This document shows, piece after piece, positions 18,079-26,680 of a DNA stretch of 32,000 nt; position 1 is the first letter of the stretch; each line of letters opens with the position of its first letter. The notes beneath the pieces were generated by a model. The model was not told the origin of the DNA and did not search any database. It saw nothing but the letters and a program-made list of their open reading frames with translations. The DNA lies in NCBI RefSeq assembly GCF_000018105.1, contig NC_009929.1:120001-152000 (forward strand), given 5' to 3'. The translations under genes and the position numbers were made by a program. The DNA is from Acaryochloris marina MBIC11017. GTDB lineage: Bacteria; Cyanobacteriota; Cyanobacteriia; Thermosynechococcales; Thermosynechococcaceae.

Positions 18079-18951
18079 ATGGCGACTATCCAGATTGATG
18101 CCGAACGCTGTCAGAAATGTGGAAAATGTGTGCAGATTTGTCCAACGATCTTTGCACAACATACCAAAGGGGCAATTCCTCACTTGCTAGACACTACTCG
18201 ATGTATCGAATGTGGGCATTGCGTCGCCATTTGTCCCAGCGAGGCGATTTCTCATTCGAGTTTTCCGTCTGGCACCATCGCTCCAATCCAGCCAGAACAA
18301 CTGCCCGATACGGCACAATTCATGGAACTATTGCGATCGCGCCGTTCCATTCGTGAATTCAGCAAGAGGCAAGTTGATCGGGCACTGATTGAACAAATTA
18401 TTGAGGCAGCCTGCTTTGCGCCCAGTTCCCACAATGTCCAAAGTACAGAGTACATCGTCGTCCAAGACCCCGCCATGCGCCAGCAAATTGTTGAACTGAC
18501 CATCGCTCAATACCGACAGTGGCGCAAACTACTCGGCAATCCAATCGCACGAACCCTGACACGGCTGGTGAGAGGCTCAACCGGGCAAGCCACGTTAGAC
18601 GAACTACGCGAAGCCTTTACAAACCTAATCAACCAGTACGGTCAGGGAAGCGACCCCATTCTGCGAGAAGCTCCTACCCTGCTGATCTTCCATGGCGATC
18701 GTCACATCGGTTTCGCTGGGGTTAACGCCAACCTTGCCTTGCAAAATGCCAGTTTAGTGTGTGAAACCTTGAAGTTGGGTGCTTTTTATACTGGCTATGT
18801 CGTTGCTGGCAGTAATTTTAATCCTCGGCTGGCCAGACTACTGAAACTCCCACCAAATCACAAAATCTATGCTGGTTTAGCAATCGGTCATCCTAGATTT
18901 CACTATAAAAATTGGATTGAGCGCAAACCTACTCAGATTCAATGGTTTTAA
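18079..18951 (+). CDS. 2x[4Fe-4S] ferredoxin domain fused to a nitroreductase-family flavoprotein
   Basis: Two CxxCxxCxxxCP motifs (CQKCGKCVQICP and CIECGHCVAICP) are followed by nitroreductase-type LLRSRRSIREF...APSSHNVQ. The ATG is preceded by AAGGAG. Confidence 0.85.
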   Translation: MATIQIDAERCQKCGKCVQICPTIFAQHTKGAIPHLLDTTRCIECGHCVAICPSEAISHSSFPSGTIAPIQPEQLPDTAQFMELLRSRRSIREFSKRQVDRALIEQIIEAACFAPSSHNVQSTEYIVVQDPAMRQQIVELTIAQYRQWRKLLGNPIARTLTRLVRGSTGQATLDELREAFTNLINQYGQGSDPILREAPTLLIFHGDRHIGFAGVNANLALQNASLVCETLKLGAFYTGYVVAGSNFNPRLARLLKLPPNHKIYAGLAIGHPRFHYKNWIERKPTQIQWF

Positions 18952-19212
18952 GACCTGAAATCGCCAGACAGTTCTGATTCTTCAGAATAACTTAAGCTTG
19001 TGAAGCATACTGAACGGTTAGTGTAACCCCGGTTGAAATTTTCACTAGCCATAAGCGGCTAAAGCTCATGTTTTCCTCATTATGTTGCTCTATAACCCTA
19101 AGCAGAAAAGCCAAGAATAGATGTTTGAGTCAGTCTTCCCTTCTGGAAGTTCGACGGAAATAGAAATCATCAGTAAAAGCTTGACTAGAGCGGAATACTT
19201 TAGGAGGTTGTC

Positions 19213-20286
19213 ATGTTGAAAAAAATTCTGGTGGCTCTAGATCATTCAGCCTTTAGCCAGAAAACCTTTATGCAATCTCTGGTTTTAGCCAAGGCAACCC
19301 ATGCAAAGCTGATGCTGTTTCATGTCATCTCATCGACTGAGGAAGGATATCCTCCTTATCCCTTGATGCCAGGTGTGTTGGAGGAGTTTGACCTGTCATA
19401 TGCTGGAGTCGCAAACTCTTATCTCAATGACTTAGATGTCTTCAAAGCCAGCAGTTTTGAGTTACTCAGATCTCGAGCCAATCAGGCTAAAGAAAAGGGT
19501 CTGACCGTTTTCTACCAACAATCCATGGGAGATCCAGGTCGAGAGATTTGCGAAATCTCTCGACAATGGAAAGCGGATACGATCATCATCGGACGCCGCA
19601 GCCGAAATCTTCTTAGCAAAGTTCTATTGGGCAGTGTTAGCAACTACGTCACACACCATGCTCCTTGTTCAGTGTTGATTGTCCACCACCAGGATGTGCC
19701 GGAGTTCATCCCCAAACAATCTATAAATACTTTAGAGGCGAATAAACTGTCTTTCGAAGAATGGCGCGGAAAGTTGTCTTACCGCAGTATCTTAGTGGCC
19801 TTGGATGGGGGTGACATTAACCAGCCTATCGTTAATAGAGCAATAAATCTTGCCAAGAGAATGTCCACAGCTCGGTTGATGTTGCTGCATGTCTTGCCCC
19901 ATGATGTGGCAAAAGTTCCCATTCCTAGTCCCCCTCCAACCGCAATTGCTCAGCAACGGCTGGATAACTATCCTAGTTTGCGTGATGACATCCTCTACAG
20001 CCAACAACGACAATGGAATGCCTATGATAGTGATTGCTTACCCCAATTGCGATCCTATACTGCGATCGCAAGGGAAGCAGGTATTCCAACTGAATTTATT
20101 CAACAACCTGGATCTCCCGGTGAAGTCATTTGTGAATTTGCTAAGAACAGATCATCAGACTTAATTCTAGTGGGTAATCGAGGTCGTTCAGGACTTAGCG
20201 AAATGCTTCTTGGAAGTGTGGGGAAATATGTTGCGAACCATGCGTCCTGTTCCGTGATGGTCGTTCGTCCTCAGCAACCGGCATGA
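19213..20286 (+). CDS. Tandem universal stress protein (two UspA domains)
   Basis: Two repeats of the pattern ILVALD...(I/L)(I/L)(I/V)G(R/N)R(S/G)R...LLGSV(S/G)xYVxxHAxCSV(L/M)(I/V)V. The ATG is preceded by AGGAGG. Confidence 0.85.
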   Translation: MLKKILVALDHSAFSQKTFMQSLVLAKATHAKLMLFHVISSTEEGYPPYPLMPGVLEEFDLSYAGVANSYLNDLDVFKASSFELLRSRANQAKEKGLTVFYQQSMGDPGREICEISRQWKADTIIIGRRSRNLLSKVLLGSVSNYVTHHAPCSVLIVHHQDVPEFIPKQSINTLEANKLSFEEWRGKLSYRSILVALDGGDINQPIVNRAINLAKRMSTARLMLLHVLPHDVAKVPIPSPPPTAIAQQRLDNYPSLRDDILYSQQRQWNAYDSDCLPQLRSYTAIAREAGIPTEFIQQPGSPGEVICEFAKNRSSDLILVGNRGRSGLSEMLLGSVGKYVANHASCSVMVVRPQQPA

Positions 20287-20333
20287 AGACAAAAGATGTG
20301 CTCTTAGAACATCGCAGAGCGATCCAATAACTG

Positions 20334-20867
20334 TTGAGTGAAGGGAGTCAAACTATTGTGGATGGCAAACCTCATCCCAGTGGAGATCAGCGTTTTAGGG
20401 TGCTAGAGGCAACGATGAAACGTCATCAATATCAGCCCAATTCACTGATTGAAGTTTTGCATAAGGCTCAGGAATTGTTCGGATATTTAGAACGCGACAT
20501 CCTATTACACATTGCCCACAGTTTAAAGTTACCCCCTAGTCAAGTCTATGGTGTAGCCACCTTCTATCACTTTTTCTCGCTAACACCTTCTGGACGCCAT
20601 ACCTGTGTGGTTTGTATGGGAACGGCATGTTTTGTCAAAGGGGCTGCATCACTCCTGTCAACAGTGGAACAGATCGCTCACATTCAAGCTGGGGAAACTA
20701 CTCAAGATGGAGGCTTGTCACTCAGCACTGCTCGTTGCCTGGGGGCCTGTGGGAGTGCTCCTGCTGTGGTGTTGGATGGTCAAGTGGTTGGCTATCAAAC
20801 CTCAGAAAACTTAGGTCAGCAAGTCACGCAAATGATGGACCATCCTCAATCTAAGGTCGCAACATAA
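20334..20867 (+). CDS. hoxE: Bidirectional hydrogenase diaphorase subunit HoxE (NuoE-like, 2Fe-2S)
   Basis: HPSGDQRF...KRHQYQPNSLIEVLHKAQE matches cyanobacterial HoxE. The cluster cysteines are CVVCMGTAC and CLGACGSAP. The start is non-ATG: TTG 20334, or GTG 20358 after GAAGGGAG. Confidence 0.88.
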   Translation: MSEGSQTIVDGKPHPSGDQRFRVLEATMKRHQYQPNSLIEVLHKAQELFGYLERDILLHIAHSLKLPPSQVYGVATFYHFFSLTPSGRHTCVVCMGTACFVKGAASLLSTVEQIAHIQAGETTQDGGLSLSTARCLGACGSAPAVVLDGQVVGYQTSENLGQQVTQMMDHPQSKVAT

Positions 20868-22523
20868 ATGGATTTACAAGAGCTACAAACCCTTGCTGAG
20901 CGAGAACAAGAGATTCTCGATGCGCCTTGCATCCGCTGCTGTACGGTGGGGGGCTGTTTATCTGCTAATGCCTTGGCAGTAAAAGAACAAATTGAAGTTG
21001 AGATCGCAACTCAAGACCTCAACCCTCCTATGCACGTTCGGGGGGTGGGCTGCATGGGACTGTGTAGCCGAGGTCCCCTAGTCCGACTAGACCCCGCAGG
21101 CATTCTCTACGATCAAGTAACCCCCGAAGACGCCCCTGAACTGGTCCACGCCTGCCATAAAACCCTCCAACCCCATCTGCCTAAAGCCTTATCAAATAGT
21201 TCTCCGCTCCAACCCTCCTCTTATCAGCCCCGACATCACCCTTTCTTCACCCTGCAACACCCCATCGTCCTCGAAAACAGTGGTCATATTGACCCTAAGG
21301 AAATCAAGGATTATATGGCCCAAAAAGGCTATCTAGCCCTTACCCAAGCCCTTTACGATATGACCCCCAGTGATGTAATTGATCAGATTACTCAAAGTGG
21401 TCTTCGAGGGCGAGGCGGCGGCGGATACCCCACAGGCTTGAAATGGTCAACAGTCGCCAAAATGCCCCCTGGACAAAAGTATGTGATTTGCAATGGTGAT
21501 GAAGGTGACCCAGGTGCCTTTATGGATCGCAGTGTCTTAGAAAGTGATCCCCATCGGGTGTTAGAGGGGATGGCAATTGCAGCCTACGCTGTCGGTGCCA
21601 ACCAAGGCTACATCTATATTCGAGGTGAGTATCCTCTCGCCATCAATCACCTCGAAACGGCCCTGCGTCAAGCTCGCAAGCAAGGTTTACTCGGTAGTCA
21701 AATTTTTGAGTCTCCCTTTGACTTTCGGATCGATATCCGTATTGGGGCGGGGGCCTTTGTTTGTGGCGAGGAAACAGCCCTAATGGCCTCCATCGAAGGG
21801 AAGCGTGGATTACCTCACCCTCGACCACCTTACCCTGCTGAATCTGGACTCTGGGGTTGTCCAACATTGATTAATAATGTGGAAACTTTTGCCAATATCG
21901 CTCCGATTATTCGCAATGGGGCTGAATGGTTTGTTGGGATTGGTACAGACAAGAGCAAAGGAACCAAAGTGTTTTCCTTAGCGGGCAAGATCCAAAATAC
22001 CGGATTGATTGAAGTCCCCATGGGTACCTCCCTGCGCCAAATTGTTGAACAGATGGGCGGGGGTGTCCTTGATGGATCGGCTAAAGCAGTGCAAACGGGT
22101 GGCCCCTCAGGGGGATGTATTCCTGCCCATGCCTTTGATACACCCGTAGATTATGAATCTCTGACCCGTTTGGGGTCCATTATGGGGTCCGGTGGCATGA
22201 TTGTCATGGATCAGGCCACCAATATGGTGGATGTCGCTCGTTTCTTTATGGAATTTTGCATGGAAGAGTCCTGTGGTAAGTGTGTTCCCTGTAGAGCAGG
22301 AACGGTTCAGCTTTACCAGTTACTCACAAAAATCTGTGATGGAAAAGCAAGAAAAGAGGATTTAGAGTCTCTAAACCAACTTTGCGAAATGGTCAAGGAT
22401 ACTAGCCTATGTGGCCTTGGAAAATCTGCCCCCAATCCTATTCTTAGTACCCTACGTTTTTTCAAAGATGAGTACTTAACGCTGATGCATAATGAGGGTT
22501 CTGGCGATTATCACCCCCCATAA
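20868..22523 (+). CDS. hoxF: Bidirectional hydrogenase diaphorase subunit HoxF (NuoF-like; FMN/NAD(P)H, Fe-S)
   Basis: N-terminal thioredoxin-like 2Fe-2S domain, [23 protein letters not shown] and the 4Fe-4S motif [10 protein letters not shown]. The ATG immediately follows the hoxE TAA. Confidence 0.93.
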   Translation: MDLQELQTLAEREQEILDAPCIRCCTVGGCLSANALAVKEQIEVEIATQDLNPPMHVRGVGCMGLCSRGPLVRLDPAGILYDQVTPEDAPELVHACHKTLQPHLPKALSNSSPLQPSSYQPRHHPFFTLQHPIVLENSGHIDPKEIKDYMAQKGYLALTQALYDMTPSDVIDQITQSGLRGRGGGGYPTGLKWSTVAKMPPGQKYVICNGDEGDPGAFMDRSVLESDPHRVLEGMAIAAYAVGANQGYIYIRGEYPLAINHLETALRQARKQGLLGSQIFESPFDFRIDIRIGAGAFVCGEETALMASIEGKRGLPHPRPPYPAESGLWGCPTLINNVETFANIAPIIRNGAEWFVGIGTDKSKGTKVFSLAGKIQNTGLIEVPMGTSLRQIVEQMGGGVLDGSAKAVQTGGPSGGCIPAHAFDTPVDYESLTRLGSIMGSGGMIVMDQATNMVDVARFFMEFCMEESCGKCVPCRAGTVQLYQLLTKICDGKARKEDLESLNQLCEMVKDTSLCGLGKSAPNPILSTLRFFKDEYLTLMHNEGSGDYHPP

Positions 22524-22651
22524 GATAGCGTCAGACTTGGGTTTAAGACTGTTGAGTTTTGTTAGTTCAGAAACGATTTAACTTAACATTACAGAACTCA
22601 AAAAATGTCCTACTTTTTCTATAAACTTAGTCCGAATAATTCTGAAGATGA

Positions 22652-22660
22652 GCATGCAAA
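22652..22660. repeat. Left copy of the 9-bp target-site duplication GCATGCAAA
   Basis: It is identical to 23730-23738 and directly abuts the left inverted repeat of the IS. Confidence 0.85.
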
Positions 22661-23729
22661 GGCACTGTTCATTTAAGAAGTGACTGCTAGGATGATTCTG
22701 CAGTATCAGTTTCAGAGCAATGCAATGCATCCATTGTCAAAGTGAGAACGTCGTTAAGAACGGAACTAAGACGCTGAAAACAGCTCAAGTGGTTCAGTAC
22801 TTTCTGTGCAAAGACTGTGGTCGTCGCTTCAACGAGCGTAGTGGGACGCCGATGGCGAGATTGAGAACGCCAGTGGAGACGATATCAATGGCCATCAATG
22901 CCCGCACGGAAGGCTTAGGGATTAGAGCCGCAGGGAGAGTACTCAGGAAATCTCCCAACAGTATTATCCTTTGGGAGAAGCGTTTATCCGCACAATTATC
23001 AAATTTCTCTCCTCCTTCTCCAAAAGAATCAGAGGTCACAATTGAAGGCGATGAAGTGTACACCCGCGTAGGTGAGAATCTCCCCCCCCCTGGCTTAGTG
23101 AAGGTTGGACCATTCATTTCATCGACCGTGAGAGTCGCTATTGGTTCGAGGCTCACGCGGGTCTTAAGGATGAATCATTATTTGAGAAAAGTGTCAAAGC
23201 TGCTTGGGATTGGGCTAAACCCAGTTCATCGATTCGTTGGTTCACAGATGGAGAACGTCGATACTCCAAGGTGTTGTGGAAGCTAGCGAGTACTTACTTG
23301 CCCAGGAGTACCACGACCCAGGCCTATCCTTTTCGCAAAGTATGGCGAGCGGGTTTAGAGGTGGCGATGAAGATCAAAGGTTCCCAAGGAAAACCTCGGG
23401 TAGTGTGGGTTAATCGAGAGCATCCTTATACGGCCATTAGCCCCAAGAGCGATGTTCATGCCAATCATCTTGAAGCCCTCCACAGTTCTTTGAGACGACG
23501 GGCTAGCGGTTATCGTAGACGCCAGAATCACTATGCCAAAACCGTTGAGGGATTACAAAGAGCCCTGAACGTGCAGCGATTGATTCACAATTGGTGTCGT
23601 ACTCACTACAGCCATGGATACCAGCGAACCCCAGCAATGGTGATGGGATTTATCCAAAGGCCCGTTAAGATTGGCGAAGTGTTGACCGTCAGAGCTTTTA
23701 ATTGCCTCACTTCTTAACTGAACAGTGCC
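22661..23729 (+). mobile_element. IS1-family insertion sequence (1069 bp)
   Basis: The 23-bp terminal inverted repeats (22661-22683 GGCACTGTTCATTTAAGAAGTGA versus the reverse complement of 23707-23729) match at 22/23 positions. They begin GGnnnTG, as IS1-family ends do. The element is flanked by 9-bp direct repeats and has a two-ORF transposase joined by a -1 frame change. Confidence 0.85.
22720..23717 (+). CDS. IS1-type transposase (InsA-like zinc-finger/HTH part plus DDE part, joined only by a -1 frameshift in a C9 run)
   Basis: - Frame 1: CIHCQS...CKDCGRRF zinc finger, an HTH (GIRAAGRVL) and IEGDEVYT.
- Frame 0 opens at 23076, just before the C9 run (23082-23090). It reads PWLSEGWTIHFIDRESRYWF...WFTDGERRY...HANHLEALHSSLRRR, which is DDE-like, and runs to the stop at 23717. 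Confidence 0.75.
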
Positions 23730-23738
23730 GCATGCAAA
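23730..23738. repeat. Right copy of the 9-bp target-site duplication GCATGCAAA
   Basis: It is identical to 22652-22660 and directly abuts the right inverted repeat. It contains the present ATG (23732) of the downstream gene. Confidence 0.85.
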
Positions 23739-24691
23739 ATCCTGTTGAACCAAGCCGCTTCCCTCATCCCCCAGTAAAGGTATGGGGGCGAGGCGTTAGG
23801 CTGACTTTGCTGACCACTCTTTGTAGTCTCTTCACCCTAGCTAACCCTCAGCTTGTTTCCGCAGAAACGGTCCTTGAAAAAATAGAACGTACCAGCACAG
23901 TAACCGCTGGAACGAACAAGAATACCCTTCCCTTTGCCTTCCAAGATGAGCAAGGGCAATTCCAGGGGTACTCGATTGAAATGCTGAAACAGATACAGGC
24001 CCAATTATCGAAAAAACTTGGTAAAGAGATTAATCTCGAACTTGTTGCGCTGACCCCCAACGAACGAATTCCTAAATTAGTCGCAGGGGAAGTAGACATT
24101 GTCTGTGATGCGAGCAGCTATACCTGGGAGCGGGACAAGGATATAGACTTTTCCGTCAGCTATGGTTTGACAGGCACTCGCTTGTTGATTAAGCAAGGGA
24201 AAAAGGCATGGGAACCTGAGATGTTGGTGAATCAGAAAATAGCTGCTGTGGCGGGCACAACGAATGAGATTGCGATTCGTCGAGCGCAGCCCAAAGCCCA
24301 AATCATCGTTCTCCCAGATCATACTCAGGGTTACAAAGCGCTGGAGCAGGGAACAGTTGATGCATTTGCAGCAGACGGCATTTTACTCGAAGGTTGGCTA
24401 CAAACCAGCCAGAACCCCGAGGACTTCACCGTTGTCGGGTATTTCTCAAGAGAGGGCATTGCCTGCATGGTGCCTGAGAATAATTCTAAATTTGTTAATC
24501 AAGTGAATTACTCACTCGTGCGTTTTATGGAGGGTTACTTAAAGGGTAAAGAACCCTATGTCAAAACGTTTGATCGTTGGTTTGGCCCTGAGGCTAAAGT
24601 CCCTCTCACTCAAGATCTGAGATCTTTAGTCCTAGAAACCATGCAGCTAGTGATTGATTTTAAAGAAGAAATTCCTGAAAGCGATCTTTAA
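23732..24691 (+). CDS. Periplasmic solute-binding protein, family 3 (amino-acid ABC-type), orphan
   Basis: Signal peptide LTLLTTLCSLFTLANPQLVSA, followed by a PBP type 2 pattern (TVTAGTNKNTLPFAF, GYSIEMLK, DIVCDASSYT, DFSVSY, VDAFAADGILL). No permease or ATPase genes are nearby. Confidence 0.8.
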   Translation: MQNPVEPSRFPHPPVKVWGRGVRLTLLTTLCSLFTLANPQLVSAETVLEKIERTSTVTAGTNKNTLPFAFQDEQGQFQGYSIEMLKQIQAQLSKKLGKEINLELVALTPNERIPKLVAGEVDIVCDASSYTWERDKDIDFSVSYGLTGTRLLIKQGKKAWEPEMLVNQKIAAVAGTTNEIAIRRAQPKAQIIVLPDHTQGYKALEQGTVDAFAADGILLEGWLQTSQNPEDFTVVGYFSREGIACMVPENNSKFVNQVNYSLVRFMEGYLKGKEPYVKTFDRWFGPEAKVPLTQDLRSLVLETMQLVIDFKEEIPESDL

Positions 24692-24989
24692 GATTACCAA
24701 TCGTGAACTGTTTATTTCAGGCCGTCCTCTGATGAGGCGAAAGTCGAGCACTGCCCCAATCAGTCGGATTCGATAGGGGATGGATTACGGTAGAACAAGA
24801 CTTGCAAACTGCGGTGAGATAAGGTTTGCAATGTGCCTGTTTCACCTTACCTTGACCAGCTATCACTCACGTTTTCCTCATATTGTCTATATAGCCTCAA
24901 ATTAAGAGGTCAGATGTCACATTCTCTGAGAACTGACACCTTTTCCTCAACTTTGACTGCAAACAGTTTAGTTGTGAGGGCATTCGATT

Positions 24990-25181
24990 ATGGCTACACT
25001 CAAGGATAAATCTCTATCCATCCAATCCTTAAGCAAAACAGTTCGACGCTTCCTGAGCTATATCGCTCAACCGATTCTCCGTATCTTTAGTCCCTCCCAT
25101 GATGATTATCCAAAGGTGGGGGTCCAACCCTTTGAAGGTGATCCAGCTGATCCAGATTTAAACCAGGAAGGGTCTTGGTAA
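24990..25181 (+). CDS. Small hypothetical ORF (63 aa) upstream of hoxU
   Basis: It is the only sizeable ORF in the 530-bp gap, on the same strand as hox, with GAGGG 9 nt upstream of the ATG. No recognisable motif, so this is weak. Confidence 0.3.
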   Translation: MATLKDKSLSIQSLSKTVRRFLSYIAQPILRIFSPSHDDYPKVGVQPFEGDPADPDLNQEGSW

Positions 25182-25221
25182 GGATTGGATACACAGCGGA
25201 AGGAAAAGGCTGGTATGGGCT

Positions 25222-25941
25222 ATGGATGTTAAGACCCTCAAGATTGACGATCAACTGATCAGTGCTCGGGGAGATGAAACAATCCTTGAGGCCGCTACCG
25301 CATCAGGGATTCATATTCCGACGCTATGCAACTTGCAGGGTGTTTCCTTATGGGGAGCCTGTCGACTCTGTTTAGTCGAGGTTAGTGGAAGTTCTAAGCT
25401 ATTGGCCGCTTGCGTCACACCAGTGGCAGAGGGGATGATCGTTCAAACCCAAACCAAACGGCTTAAACATTATCGGCGCATGATCGTTGAACTGCTATTT
25501 GCGGAAGGGAATCATATCTGTTCAGTATGTGTTTCCAATCACCACTGCGAATTGCAGGATCTTGCTATTGAGATGGGGATTGATCATGTGCGCTTTACCT
25601 ATCAATTCCCAGATCGCTCTGTTGATATTTCCCATCCTCAATTTGGCGTTGATCATAATCGCTGTGTTTTATGTACACGTTGTATTCGAGTTTGTGATGA
25701 GATTGAAGGGGCTCATACCTGGGATATGGCAGGTCGAGGCCGGAAGTCCCGAGTGATCACAGATTTGAACCAGCCTTGGGGGGAAGCCGAGAGCTGTACC
25801 GCTTGTGGAAAGTGTGTCAATGCCTGTCCCACAGGAGCCATCTTTCGACGTGGTTCAACGGTTGCGGAGATGGAGCACGATCGGAGCCAACTTGAATTTA
25901 TTTCTACTGCGAGAACGAGGCGAGAATGGGTGCAAAAGTGA
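25222..25941 (+). CDS. hoxU: Bidirectional hydrogenase diaphorase subunit HoxU (NuoG N-terminal-like Fe-S protein)
   Basis: It has a 2Fe-2S motif (CRLCLVEV), NHICSVCVSNHHCELQ, CVLCTRCIRVCDEIEG and CTACGKCVNACPTGA. It is colinear with my recollection of Synechocystis HoxU. Confidence 0.93.
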   Translation: MDVKTLKIDDQLISARGDETILEAATASGIHIPTLCNLQGVSLWGACRLCLVEVSGSSKLLAACVTPVAEGMIVQTQTKRLKHYRRMIVELLFAEGNHICSVCVSNHHCELQDLAIEMGIDHVRFTYQFPDRSVDISHPQFGVDHNRCVLCTRCIRVCDEIEGAHTWDMAGRGRKSRVITDLNQPWGEAESCTACGKCVNACPTGAIFRRGSTVAEMEHDRSQLEFISTARTRREWVQK

Positions 25942-26061
25942 GGGATAAATTCCAGACAGTGCAAGGAAATCAGTTTTGAGGTTGGAATAGTGAGTTTGAA
26001 TGCATCTCGTGAAGGTGTTCGAACTTAGAAGTGCACAACTATTTTGGGTTACGGAGGTAGG

Positions 26062-26607
26062 ATGGCAAAACTGAAGTTAGCGACTGTTTGGCTAGGCGGA
26101 TGCTCAGGATGCCATATGTCTTTCCTAGACCTTGACGAGTGGTTATTTGAGTTGGCCCACCAAGTCGATCTGGTCTACAGCCCTTTTATGGATGCCAAGC
26201 AGTATCCACAAGAAGTGGATGTGGCACTCGTCGAAGGCGCAATAGCCAATACCGATCATTGGGAGATGATTCATCAGGTTCGTGATTGCACTCAATACCT
26301 GATTGCCTTTGGGGATTGTGCTGTTACGGGGAATGTCACCGCCTTACGTAATCTTTTGGGTACTGCGGAGGGGGTACTTGAGCGGTCTTACATAAACTTG
26401 GCTGATCTGGTGCCTCAGATTCCTGCAGAGGAAGCGATTGTCCCCCCTTTATTGGATTGGGTTAAACCCGTACATACCGTTGTTCCCGTCGATCTCTATT
26501 TACCGGGTTGCCCACCATCACCTTCTCGAATCAAATTTGTATTAGAAGCGCTACTGCAGGGGAAGAGGCCTCAACTCGAGGGTCGAGATCAAATTAAATT
26601 CGGGTGA
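26062..26607 (+). CDS. hoxY: [NiFe] hydrogenase small subunit HoxY
   Basis: MAKLKLATVWLGGCSGCHMSFLD, FGDCAVTGN and LPGCPP supply the proximal cluster ligands. ATG 26062 is preceded by GGAGGTAGG; the ORF-track start at 26044 is TTG. Confidence 0.92.
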   Translation: MAKLKLATVWLGGCSGCHMSFLDLDEWLFELAHQVDLVYSPFMDAKQYPQEVDVALVEGAIANTDHWEMIHQVRDCTQYLIAFGDCAVTGNVTALRNLLGTAEGVLERSYINLADLVPQIPAEEAIVPPLLDWVKPVHTVVPVDLYLPGCPPSPSRIKFVLEALLQGKRPQLEGRDQIKFG

Positions 26608-26680
26608 CAAAGCCTCAAACCAATGGTCAAGGGCCTCTGCTCAGTTCCTATCAATCGTGGACGTATCAAGGAGTACCAAG

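Noticed and set aside
17907-18098. 63-aa ORF in the USP/nitroreductase spacer. Also 17079-17264 and 17619-17882
   Set aside because: They have non-ATG or weak starts and no RBS, and they overlap neighbouring gene ends. No motif was recognised.
13445-19005. The 11-mer AGCTTGTGAAG from the 13440-13489 hairpin arm recurs at 18995-19005, upstream of the tandem USP
   Set aside because: With ~64 kb of two-strand sequence, hundreds of chance 11-mer pair matches are expected. A single extra copy is not evidence of a shared regulatory site.
22794-23156. 120-aa minus-strand ORF inside the IS
   Set aside because: It is antisense to the transposase and has no motif or RBS.
23092-23286. Continuation of the InsA-like frame for ~65 codons beyond the C9 run (PGLVKVGPFISSTVRVAIGSRL...)
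   Set aside because: Past the run the sequence loses all transposase similarity, while the -1 frame over the same DNA reads as a coherent DDE domain. I treat it as out-of-frame read-through, not as a functional domain.
24802-24831. 8-bp inverted repeat TTGCAAAC...GTTTGCAA in the spacer before hoxU
   Set aside because: The arms are short with a 14-nt loop, which is within chance expectation. It is mentioned only as context.
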